Source: Alphaproteobacteria bacterium
GTDB taxonomy: Bacteria; Pseudomonadota; Alphaproteobacteria; SP197
Length of the DNA stretch: 64,000 nt
Direction: 5' to 3'
Assembly (NCBI GenBank): GCA_009694045.1
Contig: SHVY01000007.1
Location: 1,786-65,785, forward strand
Of the stretch, positions 48,724 through 58,476 are shown piece after piece. Each line of letters opens with the position of its first letter. The first letter of the stretch is position 1. The notes beneath the pieces were generated by a model. It had not been told where the DNA came from and made no database searches. It was given only the letters and a program-made list of their open reading frames with translations. A program made the translations under genes and the position numbers.

Positions 48724-49626
48724 ATGAGCTACACGCTCAGACAACTGCGCTATTTCGTGGCGGCGGCGGAGGCTGGGGGCGCCACGGCGGCGGCGGCGGC
48801 CGTGCGCATCGCGCAGCCGTCGATCTCGGCGGCGATCGCCCAGCTCGAGGCCGAGCTTGGCGTGCAGCTCTTCGTCCGCCGCCACGCCCAGGGGTTGGCA
48901 CTCACCCCCGCCGGCCGGCGTCTGCTCGCCTCGGCCAAGGCCCTGCTCGCCCATGCCGACGAGCTGCGCCAGACGGCGCAGGGACTGGGCGAGGGACTGG
49001 CCGGCACCCTCGAGCTCGGCTGCTTCGTCACCTTCGCGCCGTTCGTGTTGCCCGGCCTGCTGCACGACTTCGCCGTGGCGCATCCCGAGATTCATGTGGC
49101 GCTACGCGAGGCCGACCTCGGAACCGCGATCGACGACCTACGCCAGGGCCGCAGCGAACTCGCGCTCACCTACGAGCTGGATCTCGGCTCCGGCATCACC
49201 TTCGAGTCCCTGACCGAGGTGCCCGTGCACGCGATCCTGCCGGCGAATCACCGGCTCGCCCGGCGGCGGACCGTGCCGTTGGCGGCGCTCGCGCCGGAGC
49301 CACTCGTGCTCCTCTCCCTGCCGCGCAGCCGCGAGTACTTCCTGTCGCTGTTCCTCACCCTCGGTCTTACGCCCACCATCGGCCACGAGACCCCGTCGTT
49401 CGAACTCCTGCGCGGGCTGGTGGCCAACGGATTCGGCTATGCCTTGATGCATTCGCGCCCACCGTTGGACGTGGCGCTCGACGGCAAGCGGCTCGCCCAC
49501 CGGCCGCTCGCCGACCCGCTTCGGGCGGAGCGGATGGGACTCGCACGCCTGGCACGATCGCGGCCGACCCGCATGGCGACGGCCTTCGCCGCCTTCTGTC
49601 GGGCGCACTACGCGGCCAGTTCTTGA
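48724..49626 (+). CDS. LysR-family transcriptional regulator
   Basis: N-terminal HTH (LRQLRYFVAAAEAGG...) plus a LysR substrate-binding domain; 300 aa. Confidence 0.85.
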   Translation: MSYTLRQLRYFVAAAEAGGATAAAAAVRIAQPSISAAIAQLEAELGVQLFVRRHAQGLALTPAGRRLLASAKALLAHADELRQTAQGLGEGLAGTLELGCFVTFAPFVLPGLLHDFAVAHPEIHVALREADLGTAIDDLRQGRSELALTYELDLGSGITFESLTEVPVHAILPANHRLARRRTVPLAALAPEPLVLLSLPRSREYFLSLFLTLGLTPTIGHETPSFELLRGLVANGFGYALMHSRPPLDVALDGKRLAHRPLADPLRAERMGLARLARSRPTRMATAFAAFCRAHYAASS

Positions 49627-50651
49627 GAACCACCGTGTCGTCGGGGGCCCAGGTGGCCCACAGCACGTCGCCGTCGCGCGGGGCCGGATCGGGGCAGAGG
49701 GCGCGACGAACGGCCGACCGTCCCCGGTTTCGAGCAGCAGCCGGCGGGCGCCGCCCTGGAAGATCGGCCGGCGTGCCCGTAGGGCCAACGCGGCCCGCGG
49801 CGGCAGGCGGTCGGAGAGGACGACCCGCGACGGCGCGATGCCGAGGACGACCGGATTGCCCCTTTGCCCGGCGATGGCACAGATGAGACGCCCGAGGTCT
49901 GGCACCTCGACCTCGGACAAACCCGCGACGACGCCTTCGAGCAGGTTGAGGCGGCCGACGTAACGGGCCACGTGGCGCGAAGCCGGGCGCAGGCGCAGAT
50001 CCTCGGGGCCGCCGATCTGATGGACGTGGCCCGCGTCCAGCACCAGGGCGCGGTCCGCGGCCGCGAGGGAGGTATCCGGATCGTCGGTCGCCAGCACCAT
50101 GGTGAGCCCGGTCGCGCGCTGGATCGCGACGAAGCGGGCGAGCAGGGTGTCGTGGGCGGGGCCGACAAGGCCGGCAAGAGGATTGTCGAGCAGCAGCACC
50201 CGGGGCCTTCGCGCGAGCGCGCGGGCGAAGGCCAGCAGCCGGCGCTCCGCATCGCCGAGCACCTCGGGCCGCTGGATCGCGGCGCCGTCGAGACCGACCA
50301 GCGCGAGGGCACCCCGTACCAGTCCGCGCGTTTCGGAATCGGTCTTGCGGCCGAGGCCATAGGCCACGTTCTCGGCGGCCGTGAGATGGGGGAACAGGGC
50401 CTGGTTTTGAAACACCAGGCTGACGGGCCGCCGGCCGGCCGGCCGGCAAGATCGACGCCGTCGACCCGGATCACCCCGGCGGAGGGGGTCTCAAGCCCGG
50501 CGATCAGGCGCAGAAGGGTCGTCTTGCCCGAACCCGCCTGGCCGAGCACGACGAAGAGTTCGCCGGCGTCCACATCGAGGCTCAGGCCGGCAAGGCCCGC
50601 ACCCCTCGCGTAGACTTTCTCCAGTCCGCGAAGCGACAGGTTCGCGGTCAT
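49608..50651 (-). pseudogene. ABC transporter ATP-binding protein (PotA/FbpC-like with a TOBE-type C-terminus), frameshifted
   Basis: N-terminus including Walker A GQAGSGKTT is in one frame (ORF 49608-50651). From about 50430 the Q-loop-to-Walker B region (VFQNQALFPHL...LLLDNPLAGL) continues in a second frame (ORF 49138-50415). The likely C-terminal TOBE-like segment (GDVLWATWAPDDTVVLKN) is in a third frame. The first shift coincides with the (CCGG)n tract at 50425-50446. Confidence 0.6.
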
Positions 50652-50721
50652 GGGCGACGTGCGATGCGGGTAGGGGCTGGTCTAAAACCCGCCCCTACCG
50701 GCTTCATCCATGGGGACGGAA

Positions 50722-52122
50722 CTAGCCCTTCCAGATCTTCTCCCGCACCAGGTCGTTCTGGGTGGCCTTGATCGCCTCGCGCAGCGTCGCCACGAAGAAA
50801 TCGATCTGGTCCTTATTGAGGATCAGGGTGGGCGACAAGATGTTCAAATGGCCGAGCGGGCGCACCAGCAACCCCCGCTCTTGGCAGTGCCGGGCGATGC
50901 GTCCACCCACGTCGGATTCCGCCGGCAGCAGCTCCTTGGTCTCCTTGTTCGCCACGTTCTCGACGCACATCATGAAGCACTTGCCGCGCACGTCGCCGAC
51001 CAACGGCAGGTCGCGCAGGGTGTTGAGCTGCTCTTCGAAGTACGGCCCCATCTTGCGCACGTGGCCGGGCAGATCCTCGCGCTCCATGATCTCGATGTTC
51101 TTGTTCGCCGCCGCGCACACCACCGGGTGGCCCGAATAGGTGTAGCCGATGGTGAACAGCGCGCCCTTGGCCTGGGGCTTCTTGATCACGTCATAGATCG
51201 CGTCGGAGATCAGGGTAGCGCCGAGCGGCAGGTAGCCCGACGAGATGCCCTTGGCGCTGGTGATGATGTCCGGGCTCAGGTCGAACACCGGCTCCGAGGC
51301 GAAGAAATGCCCCAGCCGGCAGAAACCGGTGACCACTTCGTCCGAGATGTAGAGGACGCCGTACTTCTTGCACACCGCAAGGGTGCGCTTGTGGTAGCCC
51401 GGCGGCGGGACGATCACGCCGCCCGCGCCCATGATCGGTTCGGCGATGAAGCACGCCACGTTGTCCGGTCCGAGCTCGAGGATCTTGTCCTCCAGCTCCT
51501 TGACCAGGTGGTCGCAGTAGCCCTCGACGCTCATGCCGGCGGGCCGGCGATAGGGGTACGGACAGCTCACGTAGCGGACGATGTGATCGGCGGTGTCGAA
51601 CCCGATCCTGTCGAAGGCGATGCCGGTCAGCGCGGCCGACAGATAGGTCATGCCGTGGTAGGCATCGACCCGGCTGATGATCAGCTTCTTATTCGGTTGG
51701 CCGAGCTGGTTGAAGTAGTACTGGACGATGCGGACCGCGGTGTCGTTGGCGACCGAGCCGCTGTTGCTGAAGAAGACGTGGTTGATGTGCTTCGGCGCCA
51801 GATCGGCCAGCTTGTCGGCGAGTTGCGCTGCCGGCGGGTTGGTCAGGTGCCCGAACGGCGAATAGAACGGCAGGCGCCGCACCTGTTCGACGATCGCCTC
51901 CGCCATCTCCTCGCGGCCGTAGCCGATGTTGACGCACCATAGGCCGCCGATGCCGTCGAGGTACTTGCTGCCCTCGGAATCGAAGACGTAGGCCCCGTCG
52001 CCCGACACCATGATCTCGCTGCCGGTGTCGTTGAAGGTGGCGAAGTTGGTCCACGGATGGATGAAGTGGTCCTTGTCCTTCTGCCAGATGTCCTTGGTGT
52101 CGTAGGCGATGTTGGTGCGCAT
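50722..52122 (-). CDS. Class III (omega) aminotransferase, paralogue of 43361-44755
   Basis: 466 aa with GLWCVNIGYGREE, YISDEVVTGFCRLG and a SAKGISSGY lysine region. Confidence 0.85.
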   Translation of the reverse strand: MRTNIAYDTKDIWQKDKDHFIHPWTNFATFNDTGSEIMVSGDGAYVFDSEGSKYLDGIGGLWCVNIGYGREEMAEAIVEQVRRLPFYSPFGHLTNPPAAQLADKLADLAPKHINHVFFSNSGSVANDTAVRIVQYYFNQLGQPNKKLIISRVDAYHGMTYLSAALTGIAFDRIGFDTADHIVRYVSCPYPYRRPAGMSVEGYCDHLVKELEDKILELGPDNVACFIAEPIMGAGGVIVPPPGYHKRTLAVCKKYGVLYISDEVVTGFCRLGHFFASEPVFDLSPDIITSAKGISSGYLPLGATLISDAIYDVIKKPQAKGALFTIGYTYSGHPVVCAAANKNIEIMEREDLPGHVRKMGPYFEEQLNTLRDLPLVGDVRGKCFMMCVENVANKETKELLPAESDVGGRIARHCQERGLLVRPLGHLNILSPTLILNKDQIDFFVATLREAIKATQNDLVREKIWKG

Positions 52123-52198
52123 CGTGCCCTCCCCGGAGTTTCGCGCTGGAAGTGCCCGAGTGTGGCCCAGCCGGGGTGGTCAGGGCAAGGGGTCGGAC

Positions 52199-52735
52199 CT
52201 ATCCGAGCAACCCCCGGTACCAGGCGATATCGGTCGCGAGCAGGCCGATGTCGTGATCGAGCCAGGCGAGGAAGGTGCCGCCGCGGGCCGCCTCGCGGGA
52301 GCGCAGGTCCAGGAGCCGGGCGCGCTCGCCCTCGCGGGCCTCGATCAGGGTCTCGAGCTGCTCGCGGCGGTCTGCCTCGGACAGCAGGTCGAGGAAGCGC
52401 AGCTTGAGCGCGACGATCAGCTTGTTGAATTCGGTGGCCCCGGGGCGGAGGTTCGCGCGCAGCAGCGCGATCAGGCGTTCGCGGCCGGCCGGCGTGATCG
52501 TGACGGGGGCGTCATCGCCCTCCGCCACCGCGAGCAGACCCTCGATTCGCATTAGCTCGATCGAGGTCGACATCACATCGAGCGTCGGACCGAGGAAGTG
52601 GCCGGTGAAGGCGCGCACCGCGTTGGCCAGCCGCACGTAGAACATGGGCCCGCCTTGCGCCAGCAGACCCAGCGCCGCGAGGCGAAAGCCCTCCTTGGGC
52701 AGAAGCGTGTTGTCGCGATACATCGGCACGGCCAT
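52199..52735 (-). CDS. PadR-like winged-helix transcriptional regulator (tentative)
   Basis: The N-terminal KEGFRLAALGLLAQGGPMFY...IELMRIEGLL resembles the PadR wHTH (GPMHGYEL...EGLV pattern), with a C-terminal coiled-coil region. Confidence 0.45.
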   Translation of the reverse strand: MAVPMYRDNTLLPKEGFRLAALGLLAQGGPMFYVRLANAVRAFTGHFLGPTLDVMSTSIELMRIEGLLAVAEGDDAPVTITPAGRERLIALLRANLRPGATEFNKLIVALKLRFLDLLSEADRREQLETLIEAREGERARLLDLRSREAARGGTFLAWLDHDIGLLATDIAWYRGLLG

Positions 52736-52788
52736 CAGCGTCGGGGACGATACTCAACACCATTACTCTACACCATTACCCGATCAGG

Positions 52789-53619
52789 TCAGGTCGCCCG
52801 GATGCCCCGAAGCCGCTCCGACCGGCGGCGCAGGAGCTCGATCGTCGTCAGCATGACGCCGGAGAAGATGATGAGCAGGGTCGCCGCCGCCGTGATCGTC
52901 GGGCTGATCTGGTCGCGGATGCCGCTGTACATCTGCTTGGGCAGGGTCCGCTGCTCGGGGCTGGCGATGAACTGCACGACCACCACCTCGTCCCACGAGG
53001 TGACGAAGGCGAAGAGCGCCCCGGACAGCACGCCCGGCAGAATCAACGGCAGCATGACGCGGCGGAAGACGGTGATCGGCGGCGCGCCCAGGCCGGCGCC
53101 GGCCCGGGACAGGGACTGGTCAAACCCCATCAGGGTGGCGGTCACGGTGATCACGACGAACGGGGTGGCCAAGGCGGTGTGCGCCAGGATGATGCCGGGG
53201 TACGAATTGATCAGGCCAATTTTGTCGTAGAAAAAGAACATGCCAACGGCGGTGATCACCACCGGCACGATCAGCGGCGAGATCAACAGGCTCATCACCA
53301 TGCCGCGCGCCGGGAAGTTGGCGCGGCTCAGGCCCAGCGCCGCCAGGGTGCCCAGGGTGGTGGCCAGCAGGGTGACGGCGATGGCCACCATGGCGCTGCT
53401 TTGCAGCGCGCTCAGCCAGCGATCGGAGCCGAAGAAGTCCTGGTACCAGCGCAAGGAGACGCCCGGCATGGGGAACGTGAAGAACCCCTCGGAATTGAAC
53501 GACAACGGAATGATGATCAGGATCGGCAGCAACAGATACAGGAACAGGCAGCCGCAGAACACCCGGTGCAGCACGTACCAGCCGCGTTCTATGGGGGAGG
53601 CGTAGACGGGAAGGGTCAT
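52789..53619 (-). CDS. ABC transporter permease (PotC-like)
   Basis: 276 aa, 6 TM segments, with an EAA-loop region (LSRAGAGLGAPPITVFRRVMLP). Confidence 0.85.
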   Translation of the reverse strand: MTLPVYASPIERGWYVLHRVFCGCLFLYLLLPILIIIPLSFNSEGFFTFPMPGVSLRWYQDFFGSDRWLSALQSSAMVAIAVTLLATTLGTLAALGLSRANFPARGMVMSLLISPLIVPVVITAVGMFFFYDKIGLINSYPGIILAHTALATPFVVITVTATLMGFDQSLSRAGAGLGAPPITVFRRVMLPLILPGVLSGALFAFVTSWDEVVVVQFIASPEQRTLPKQMYSGIRDQISPTITAAATLLIIFSGVMLTTIELLRRRSERLRGIRAT

Positions 53620-53623
53620 GGCG

Positions 53624-54934
53624 CTAGTTGAGCCTCATGCGCTCGATGCCGACCAGGCGGTTGTAGATGAAGAACAGGATGAGCGTGGCGACCAGCAGGA
53701 TGGTCCCCAGTGCCGACCCCATACCCCAGTTCCCCGCCGAACTGACGAACAGAGCGACGTAAGTGCTGATAAGCTGATCAGTGGGGCCGCCCACCAACGA
53801 TGGCGTGATGTAGTAACCGAGACAGAGGATGAACGTGAGCAGACAGCCGGCCGCGATCCCCGGCATGGTCTGCGGGAAGTAGACCCGCCAGAAGGCGTAG
53901 AATGGCCCGGCGCCGAGGCTGCGCGCCGCCCGCACGTGGCTGGGGCTGATCCCCTTCATGACGCTGTAGATCGGCAACAGCGTGAAGGGGAGCTGTATGT
54001 GGGTCATCGCCGTGATCGTGCCGAAGCGGGTGTAGATGAGCTGGATGCGCTCGCCGACGATGCCCGTGTAGAAGAGGAAATCGTTGATCGGCCCCTGGGT
54101 CTGCAGCAACACGAACCACGCGGTCGTGCGTACCAGGAGCGAGGTCCAAAACGACATCAGCACGAAGATCAGCAGGATATTGGCGGTCCGCGCCGGCAAC
54201 GTCGCCAGCAGGTAGGCCAGGGGAAAGCCGAGCACGAGAGTGAGCGCGGTGACGGTGGCGCTGATCAACAGGGTGCGCACGAACACCGCCTGATAAACGG
54301 CCTCGCCTTCGGGAACCGGTTCGATTTCGCCGTTGGCGTCGTAGCGGAGGTCTATCGAGCTCAGGAAGAAATACGGCGTGTACGCCCTGGTGGTGCGCTT
54401 CAGGAGCGTCCAGGTACCGTGTTCGCCCCACATCGGATCAGCGGCGATCAGCGCCTCCTTGTAGGGTCCCGTCTCCAGCTTCGCCGCCGCTTTCGCGGAG
54501 ACGATCAGCTTGCTGCGCGCGCCGGACAGCTCGTAGTTGAGCCGGCGGCCGATGAGCGCCGCCTGCTTCGCCTTCTGCGCATCCTTGAGGTCGAGCGCCA
54601 GCGCCTCGAAGACTGGCTCGGCGGGCAGATCGTTCCCGTCCCATGCGGCAAGCGCCACCGCTGTGCGGGGCGTCAACTTGGCAACGTACGGATCGTAGAT
54701 CGAATTGAACAGCATCACCACGATGGGAATGCCGAAAGAAACGACGATGAAGAGGAAGAGGGGTGCCACGAGCCCGACGGCCTTGAGCTTGCGCATCCGC
54801 TCCGCCCGCCGGAGCTTGAGCTTCAGGGGCACGCCATCGACCATGATGCCGGTCGTCGCCACCGCTGCGCTGACCATCAGTCGCGTACCATATTCATGGG
54901 CATACGGCATCGGCCCCGGGTCGGGGGCCTGCAT
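53624..54934 (-). CDS. ABC transporter permease (PotB-like) with a large periplasmic loop after TM1
   Basis: 436 aa. EAA motif (AARSLGAGPFYAFWRVYFP). A roughly 170-aa hydrophilic insertion lies between TM1 and TM2. Confidence 0.85.
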   Translation of the reverse strand: MQAPDPGPMPYAHEYGTRLMVSAAVATTGIMVDGVPLKLKLRRAERMRKLKAVGLVAPLFLFIVVSFGIPIVVMLFNSIYDPYVAKLTPRTAVALAAWDGNDLPAEPVFEALALDLKDAQKAKQAALIGRRLNYELSGARSKLIVSAKAAAKLETGPYKEALIAADPMWGEHGTWTLLKRTTRAYTPYFFLSSIDLRYDANGEIEPVPEGEAVYQAVFVRTLLISATVTALTLVLGFPLAYLLATLPARTANILLIFVLMSFWTSLLVRTTAWFVLLQTQGPINDFLFYTGIVGERIQLIYTRFGTITAMTHIQLPFTLLPIYSVMKGISPSHVRAARSLGAGPFYAFWRVYFPQTMPGIAAGCLLTFILCLGYYITPSLVGGPTDQLISTYVALFVSSAGNWGMGSALGTILLVATLILFFIYNRLVGIERMRLN

Positions 54935-54961
54935 GGCCCCCGACCCGAGTCCGAGGTTACG

Positions 54962-56038
54962 CTACTGCGCCAACCAGGCGTTGAACCGTTCCTGCAACCC
55001 CTCGCTGTTGTCGCCCCAGAACGTGGCGTCGACCGTGAACGCCGTCGGCATGTGGTCGGGCGCCGTCGGCAAATCCTTGAGCACGTCCGCCGGGACAAAC
55101 GGGATCGCGTCGGCATGGCTCGGGCCATAGGCGATGAACTGCGACTGCCGCGCCATGTTGACCGGATCGCTGGCGTAGGCGATGAACGCATAGGCCGCGT
55201 CCAGCTTCGGCGTGCCCTTCATGATCGCCCAGAAGTCGAAGTCCAAAGCCTGGTGGTCCCAGACGATGACGAACTTCCGGCCCTCGTTCTTGACCGCGTT
55301 GTACAGGCGCCCGTTCCAGGCTTGGGACATGACGACCTCGCCGTTGCCGAGGATTTCCGCAGCCTGGGCCCCGGCCTCCCACCACACGGCCACGTCCTTG
55401 ATGGTGTCGAGCTTGGCAAACGCGCGGTCGAGGCCCTCGGGCGTGCGCAGCATGTCGTAGACATCGGCCTGGGCGACGCCGTCGGCGACGAGCGCCCATT
55501 CCAGGTTCACGAACGGCTTCTTGTAGATGCCGCGCTTGCCGGGGAACTTCTGCAGGTCGAAGAAGTCGGCGACCGTCGTCGGCACCTGGCCGTTCCACTC
55601 GGCCGGCAGGTTGCCCGCATCGTAACCGTAGACCGTGGCGTAGACGATCGTCGCCACGGCGCAGTCGTTGGCCCCGCCGACGACGAACTTTTCGCGCGGC
55701 TGGCCGATCTTGTCGTAGTCGAGCTCCTCGAGGAAGCCCTGGTCGCAACCGGCGAGGGCGGTCGCGGCGTCGACGTCGATCACGTCCCAGGTCACGTTGC
55801 CGGATTCGACCATCGCCCGCATCTTGGCGATGTCGCCGGTATACTCCTCCTCGATGACCTTCACGCCCTTATCGGCCAAGTACGGATCGTAGTACGCGCC
55901 TTTCTGGCTCGCCTGATAGGCGCCGCCCCAGGAGACGACCGTGATCGAATCCTCGGCCGAGGCCTGGCCCGTCATCGCCAAGCCCAGGGCGGCAACGCCG
56001 GCCAGGACCAGGCTGAACCTTCTATCGTGCTTGCTCAT
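54962..56038 (-). CDS. ABC transporter periplasmic substrate-binding protein (PotD/PotF-like, SBP family 1)
   Basis: Start taken at MSKHDRRFSLVLAGVAALGLAMTGQASA (signal peptide). The ORF track's upstream extension is not supported. Confidence 0.85.
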   Translation of the reverse strand: MSKHDRRFSLVLAGVAALGLAMTGQASAEDSITVVSWGGAYQASQKGAYYDPYLADKGVKVIEEEYTGDIAKMRAMVESGNVTWDVIDVDAATALAGCDQGFLEELDYDKIGQPREKFVVGGANDCAVATIVYATVYGYDAGNLPAEWNGQVPTTVADFFDLQKFPGKRGIYKKPFVNLEWALVADGVAQADVYDMLRTPEGLDRAFAKLDTIKDVAVWWEAGAQAAEILGNGEVVMSQAWNGRLYNAVKNEGRKFVIVWDHQALDFDFWAIMKGTPKLDAAYAFIAYASDPVNMARQSQFIAYGPSHADAIPFVPADVLKDLPTAPDHMPTAFTVDATFWGDNSEGLQERFNAWLAQ

Positions 56039-56114
56039 GTCTTGCTTTTCTCCCTGATAGGCCGGCCCCAACTCGGCCGGCGGTTGCTTCGACCCCCAAC
56101 AATCGGGTCCATTC

Positions 56115-57248
56115 TCAGGACGCGTCGAGCGCCCTGCAATCTTCCATCTTCCACCCGACCGTAACCGATGCACCGGGCTGGAACGCCACAGAACCTTCGG
56201 AATTGGGCAATTTGACGACAAAATCGTTGTGTCCGCAAACGGAAACCCGGGTGCGGATGTGGTCGCCAAGGTAGATCAATTCCTCGACCTTGGCCGGGAA
56301 CAGGTTCGGGACCGAACCCGCCGCCGGGTTGATCCGTACCCGCTCGGGGCGGAGCGAAAGGGTCGTCGGGCTGCCGACGCCCGCGACCTTGACCGCCAGG
56401 GCGCGGACCATCCCGCCGCCTTCGACGTCAACCTCGCAGGATGTGCCGTTCATAGCGACGACCCGGCCCCGCAGCCGGTTGTTCTCGCCGATGAACTGGG
56501 CGACGAAGGCGCTTACGGGGCGCTCGTACAGCTCGTCCGGGGTCGAAAGCTGCTGGATCTCGCCGTTGTTGAACACCGCGATCCGGTTCGACATGGTCAG
56601 CGCCTCGGCCTGGTCGTGGGTGACGTAGACCACGGTGATGTCGAGCCTCTGGTGCAGGTGCCGGATTTCGAGCTGCATCTGCTCGCGGAGCTGCTTGTCC
56701 AGCGCCCCCAGCGGTTCGTCCATCAGCACCAGCTTGGGATCGAAGACCAGGGCACGGGCGACCGCGACCCGCTGCTGCTGACCGCCGGAAAGCTGCGCCG
56801 GCCGGCGCTTGGCGTAGACGCCGAGCTGGACCATGTCGAGCGCCCGCTTGACGCGCGTCGCGATGTCGGCCTTGGACACCCGCCGCACCTCGAGCGGGAA
56901 TGCCAGGTTCTCCTCGACCGTCATGTGGGGAAACAGGGCGTAGTTCTGGAACACCATGCCGATGTCGCGCTTGTGCGGCGGTAGATGCTTAAGCGATTCA
57001 CCGGCCAGCACGATGTCGCCGTGGGTCGGCACCTCGAAGCCCGCCAGCATCAGGAGGGTGGTGGTCTTGCCCGAGCCCGAGGGACCCAGCAGGGTGATGA
57101 ACTCGCCCTTGCTGATGTCCAGGTTCAGGTTTTTTACGACCAGGACTTCGCCATCGTAGGTCTTCTGGACGTCGACGAAACGAACAAACGCGCCGCCCGC
57201 CGTCACGCGCGGGGCCCCCAGACATGGCACGAGGGAACGGTGCTGCAA
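56115..57248 (-). CDS. ABC transporter ATP-binding protein (PotA-like with C-terminal TOBE domain)
   Basis: Walker A GPSGSGKTT, signature LSGGQQQRVAVARAL, Walker B LVLMDEP. The TOBE-like C-terminus is intact. This is the intact counterpart of the frameshifted ATPase at 49608-50651. Confidence 0.85.
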   Translation of the reverse strand: MQHRSLVPCLGAPRVTAGGAFVRFVDVQKTYDGEVLVVKNLNLDISKGEFITLLGPSGSGKTTTLLMLAGFEVPTHGDIVLAGESLKHLPPHKRDIGMVFQNYALFPHMTVEENLAFPLEVRRVSKADIATRVKRALDMVQLGVYAKRRPAQLSGGQQQRVAVARALVFDPKLVLMDEPLGALDKQLREQMQLEIRHLHQRLDITVVYVTHDQAEALTMSNRIAVFNNGEIQQLSTPDELYERPVSAFVAQFIGENNRLRGRVVAMNGTSCEVDVEGGGMVRALAVKVAGVGSPTTLSLRPERVRINPAAGSVPNLFPAKVEELIYLGDHIRTRVSVCGHNDFVVKLPNSEGSVAFQPGASVTVGWKMEDCRALDAS

Positions 57249-57417
57249 ACGTCCGTCAACTCACATCCTCCCCTGCGGTTCATGACCCTGACCGCGATTG
57301 CCGCGTGCCCGCCTTGTCCGGCTTGGTTGCGCGCGGGAAACCACCCTGTATTCGCGAGGGGGAATAAGAGACTGTCCCGCGACCCGGAGTCAATGGGCTC
57401 CGTGGACTAACGCACGC

Positions 57418-58416
57418 TCAACGGCTGACGTCGACCACCACCCGGCCGCGCACGGCGCCATTGATGATCCGGGGCGCCAGACCCGGCAGATCGCCGAGGC
57501 CGACGACCTCGATGGTCGCGTCCAGCTTGTCGCGCGGTAGGTCGGCGACCAGGCGGTCCCAAATGCGCCGGCGGCGGGCCGTGGGACACTGCACGGATTC
57601 GATGCCGAGAAGGTTTACGCCGCGCAGAATGAAGGGCAGCACCGTGGCCGGAAGCCCGGCGCCGCCGGCGAGCCCGCAGGCCGCAACGGCGCAGCCGTAC
57701 ATCGTCTGGCGGAGCGCCGTGGCCAGGGTCTCGCCGCCGACGCAATCGACCACCCCGGCCCAGACTTCCTTGTCCAGGGGCCGGCCCGAGGGCGTCGCCA
57801 GATCTTTCCGCTCGACAATCCGGGCGGCGCCGAGGCCCTTGAGATAATCGTGCATCTCGGCCCGCCCGGTGGCGGCGGCGACCCGGTAGCCGAGCTTGGC
57901 GAGGATGGCGACGGCGACGCTGCCTACCCCGCCGGCCGCGCCGGTCACCAGCACCTCGCCCTTGGCCGGGTTCAGCCCGTGGTCCTCGAGCGCCAGCACC
58001 GACTGCATGGCGGTGAAGCCCGCGGTGCCGATGGCCATGGCGTGTCGGGCATCGAGCCCCGGCGGCAGCGGCACGAGCTGGTCGGCCCTGAGCCGCGCCT
58101 TGGCGCCATACCCGCCCCATTGCCGCTCGCCGATGAACCAGCCGGTCGCCAGCACCGCGTCGCCGGCCCGGTACCCCGGAACGTTCGAGCTTTCCACCGT
58201 ACCCGCCAGATCGATCCCCGGAACGTGCGGATAGGTCTTCACCAGCCCACCCTGGCCCTGGAGCACCAGCCCGTCCTTGTAATTGAGGCTGGAATACGCG
58301 ACCCGGACCGTGACCTCGCCCGCCGGCAGGCCGCCTTCGTCCACGTCCTCCACGCCTGCCGTCACCTTGCCGTCGGTCTGCCGCAACAGCAGCGCCCGGA
58401 ACGTCGCCATGGTCAC
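57418..58416 (-). CDS. YhdH/AcuI-family NADPH-dependent oxidoreductase (MDR superfamily; acrylyl-CoA reductase-like)
   Basis: 332 aa with a nucleotide-binding motif VLVTGAAGGVGSVAV and the MDR fold pattern. Confidence 0.8.
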   Translation of the reverse strand: MTMATFRALLLRQTDGKVTAGVEDVDEGGLPAGEVTVRVAYSSLNYKDGLVLQGQGGLVKTYPHVPGIDLAGTVESSNVPGYRAGDAVLATGWFIGERQWGGYGAKARLRADQLVPLPPGLDARHAMAIGTAGFTAMQSVLALEDHGLNPAKGEVLVTGAAGGVGSVAVAILAKLGYRVAAATGRAEMHDYLKGLGAARIVERKDLATPSGRPLDKEVWAGVVDCVGGETLATALRQTMYGCAVAACGLAGGAGLPATVLPFILRGVNLLGIESVQCPTARRRRIWDRLVADLPRDKLDATIEVVGLGDLPGLAPRIINGAVRGRVVVDVSR

Positions 58417-58476
58417 CTCCGCGTTTGGCCGTCTCTCTCGGCCACGGGCGGCAATGCTGTCAACCGCAAAGGCGTC

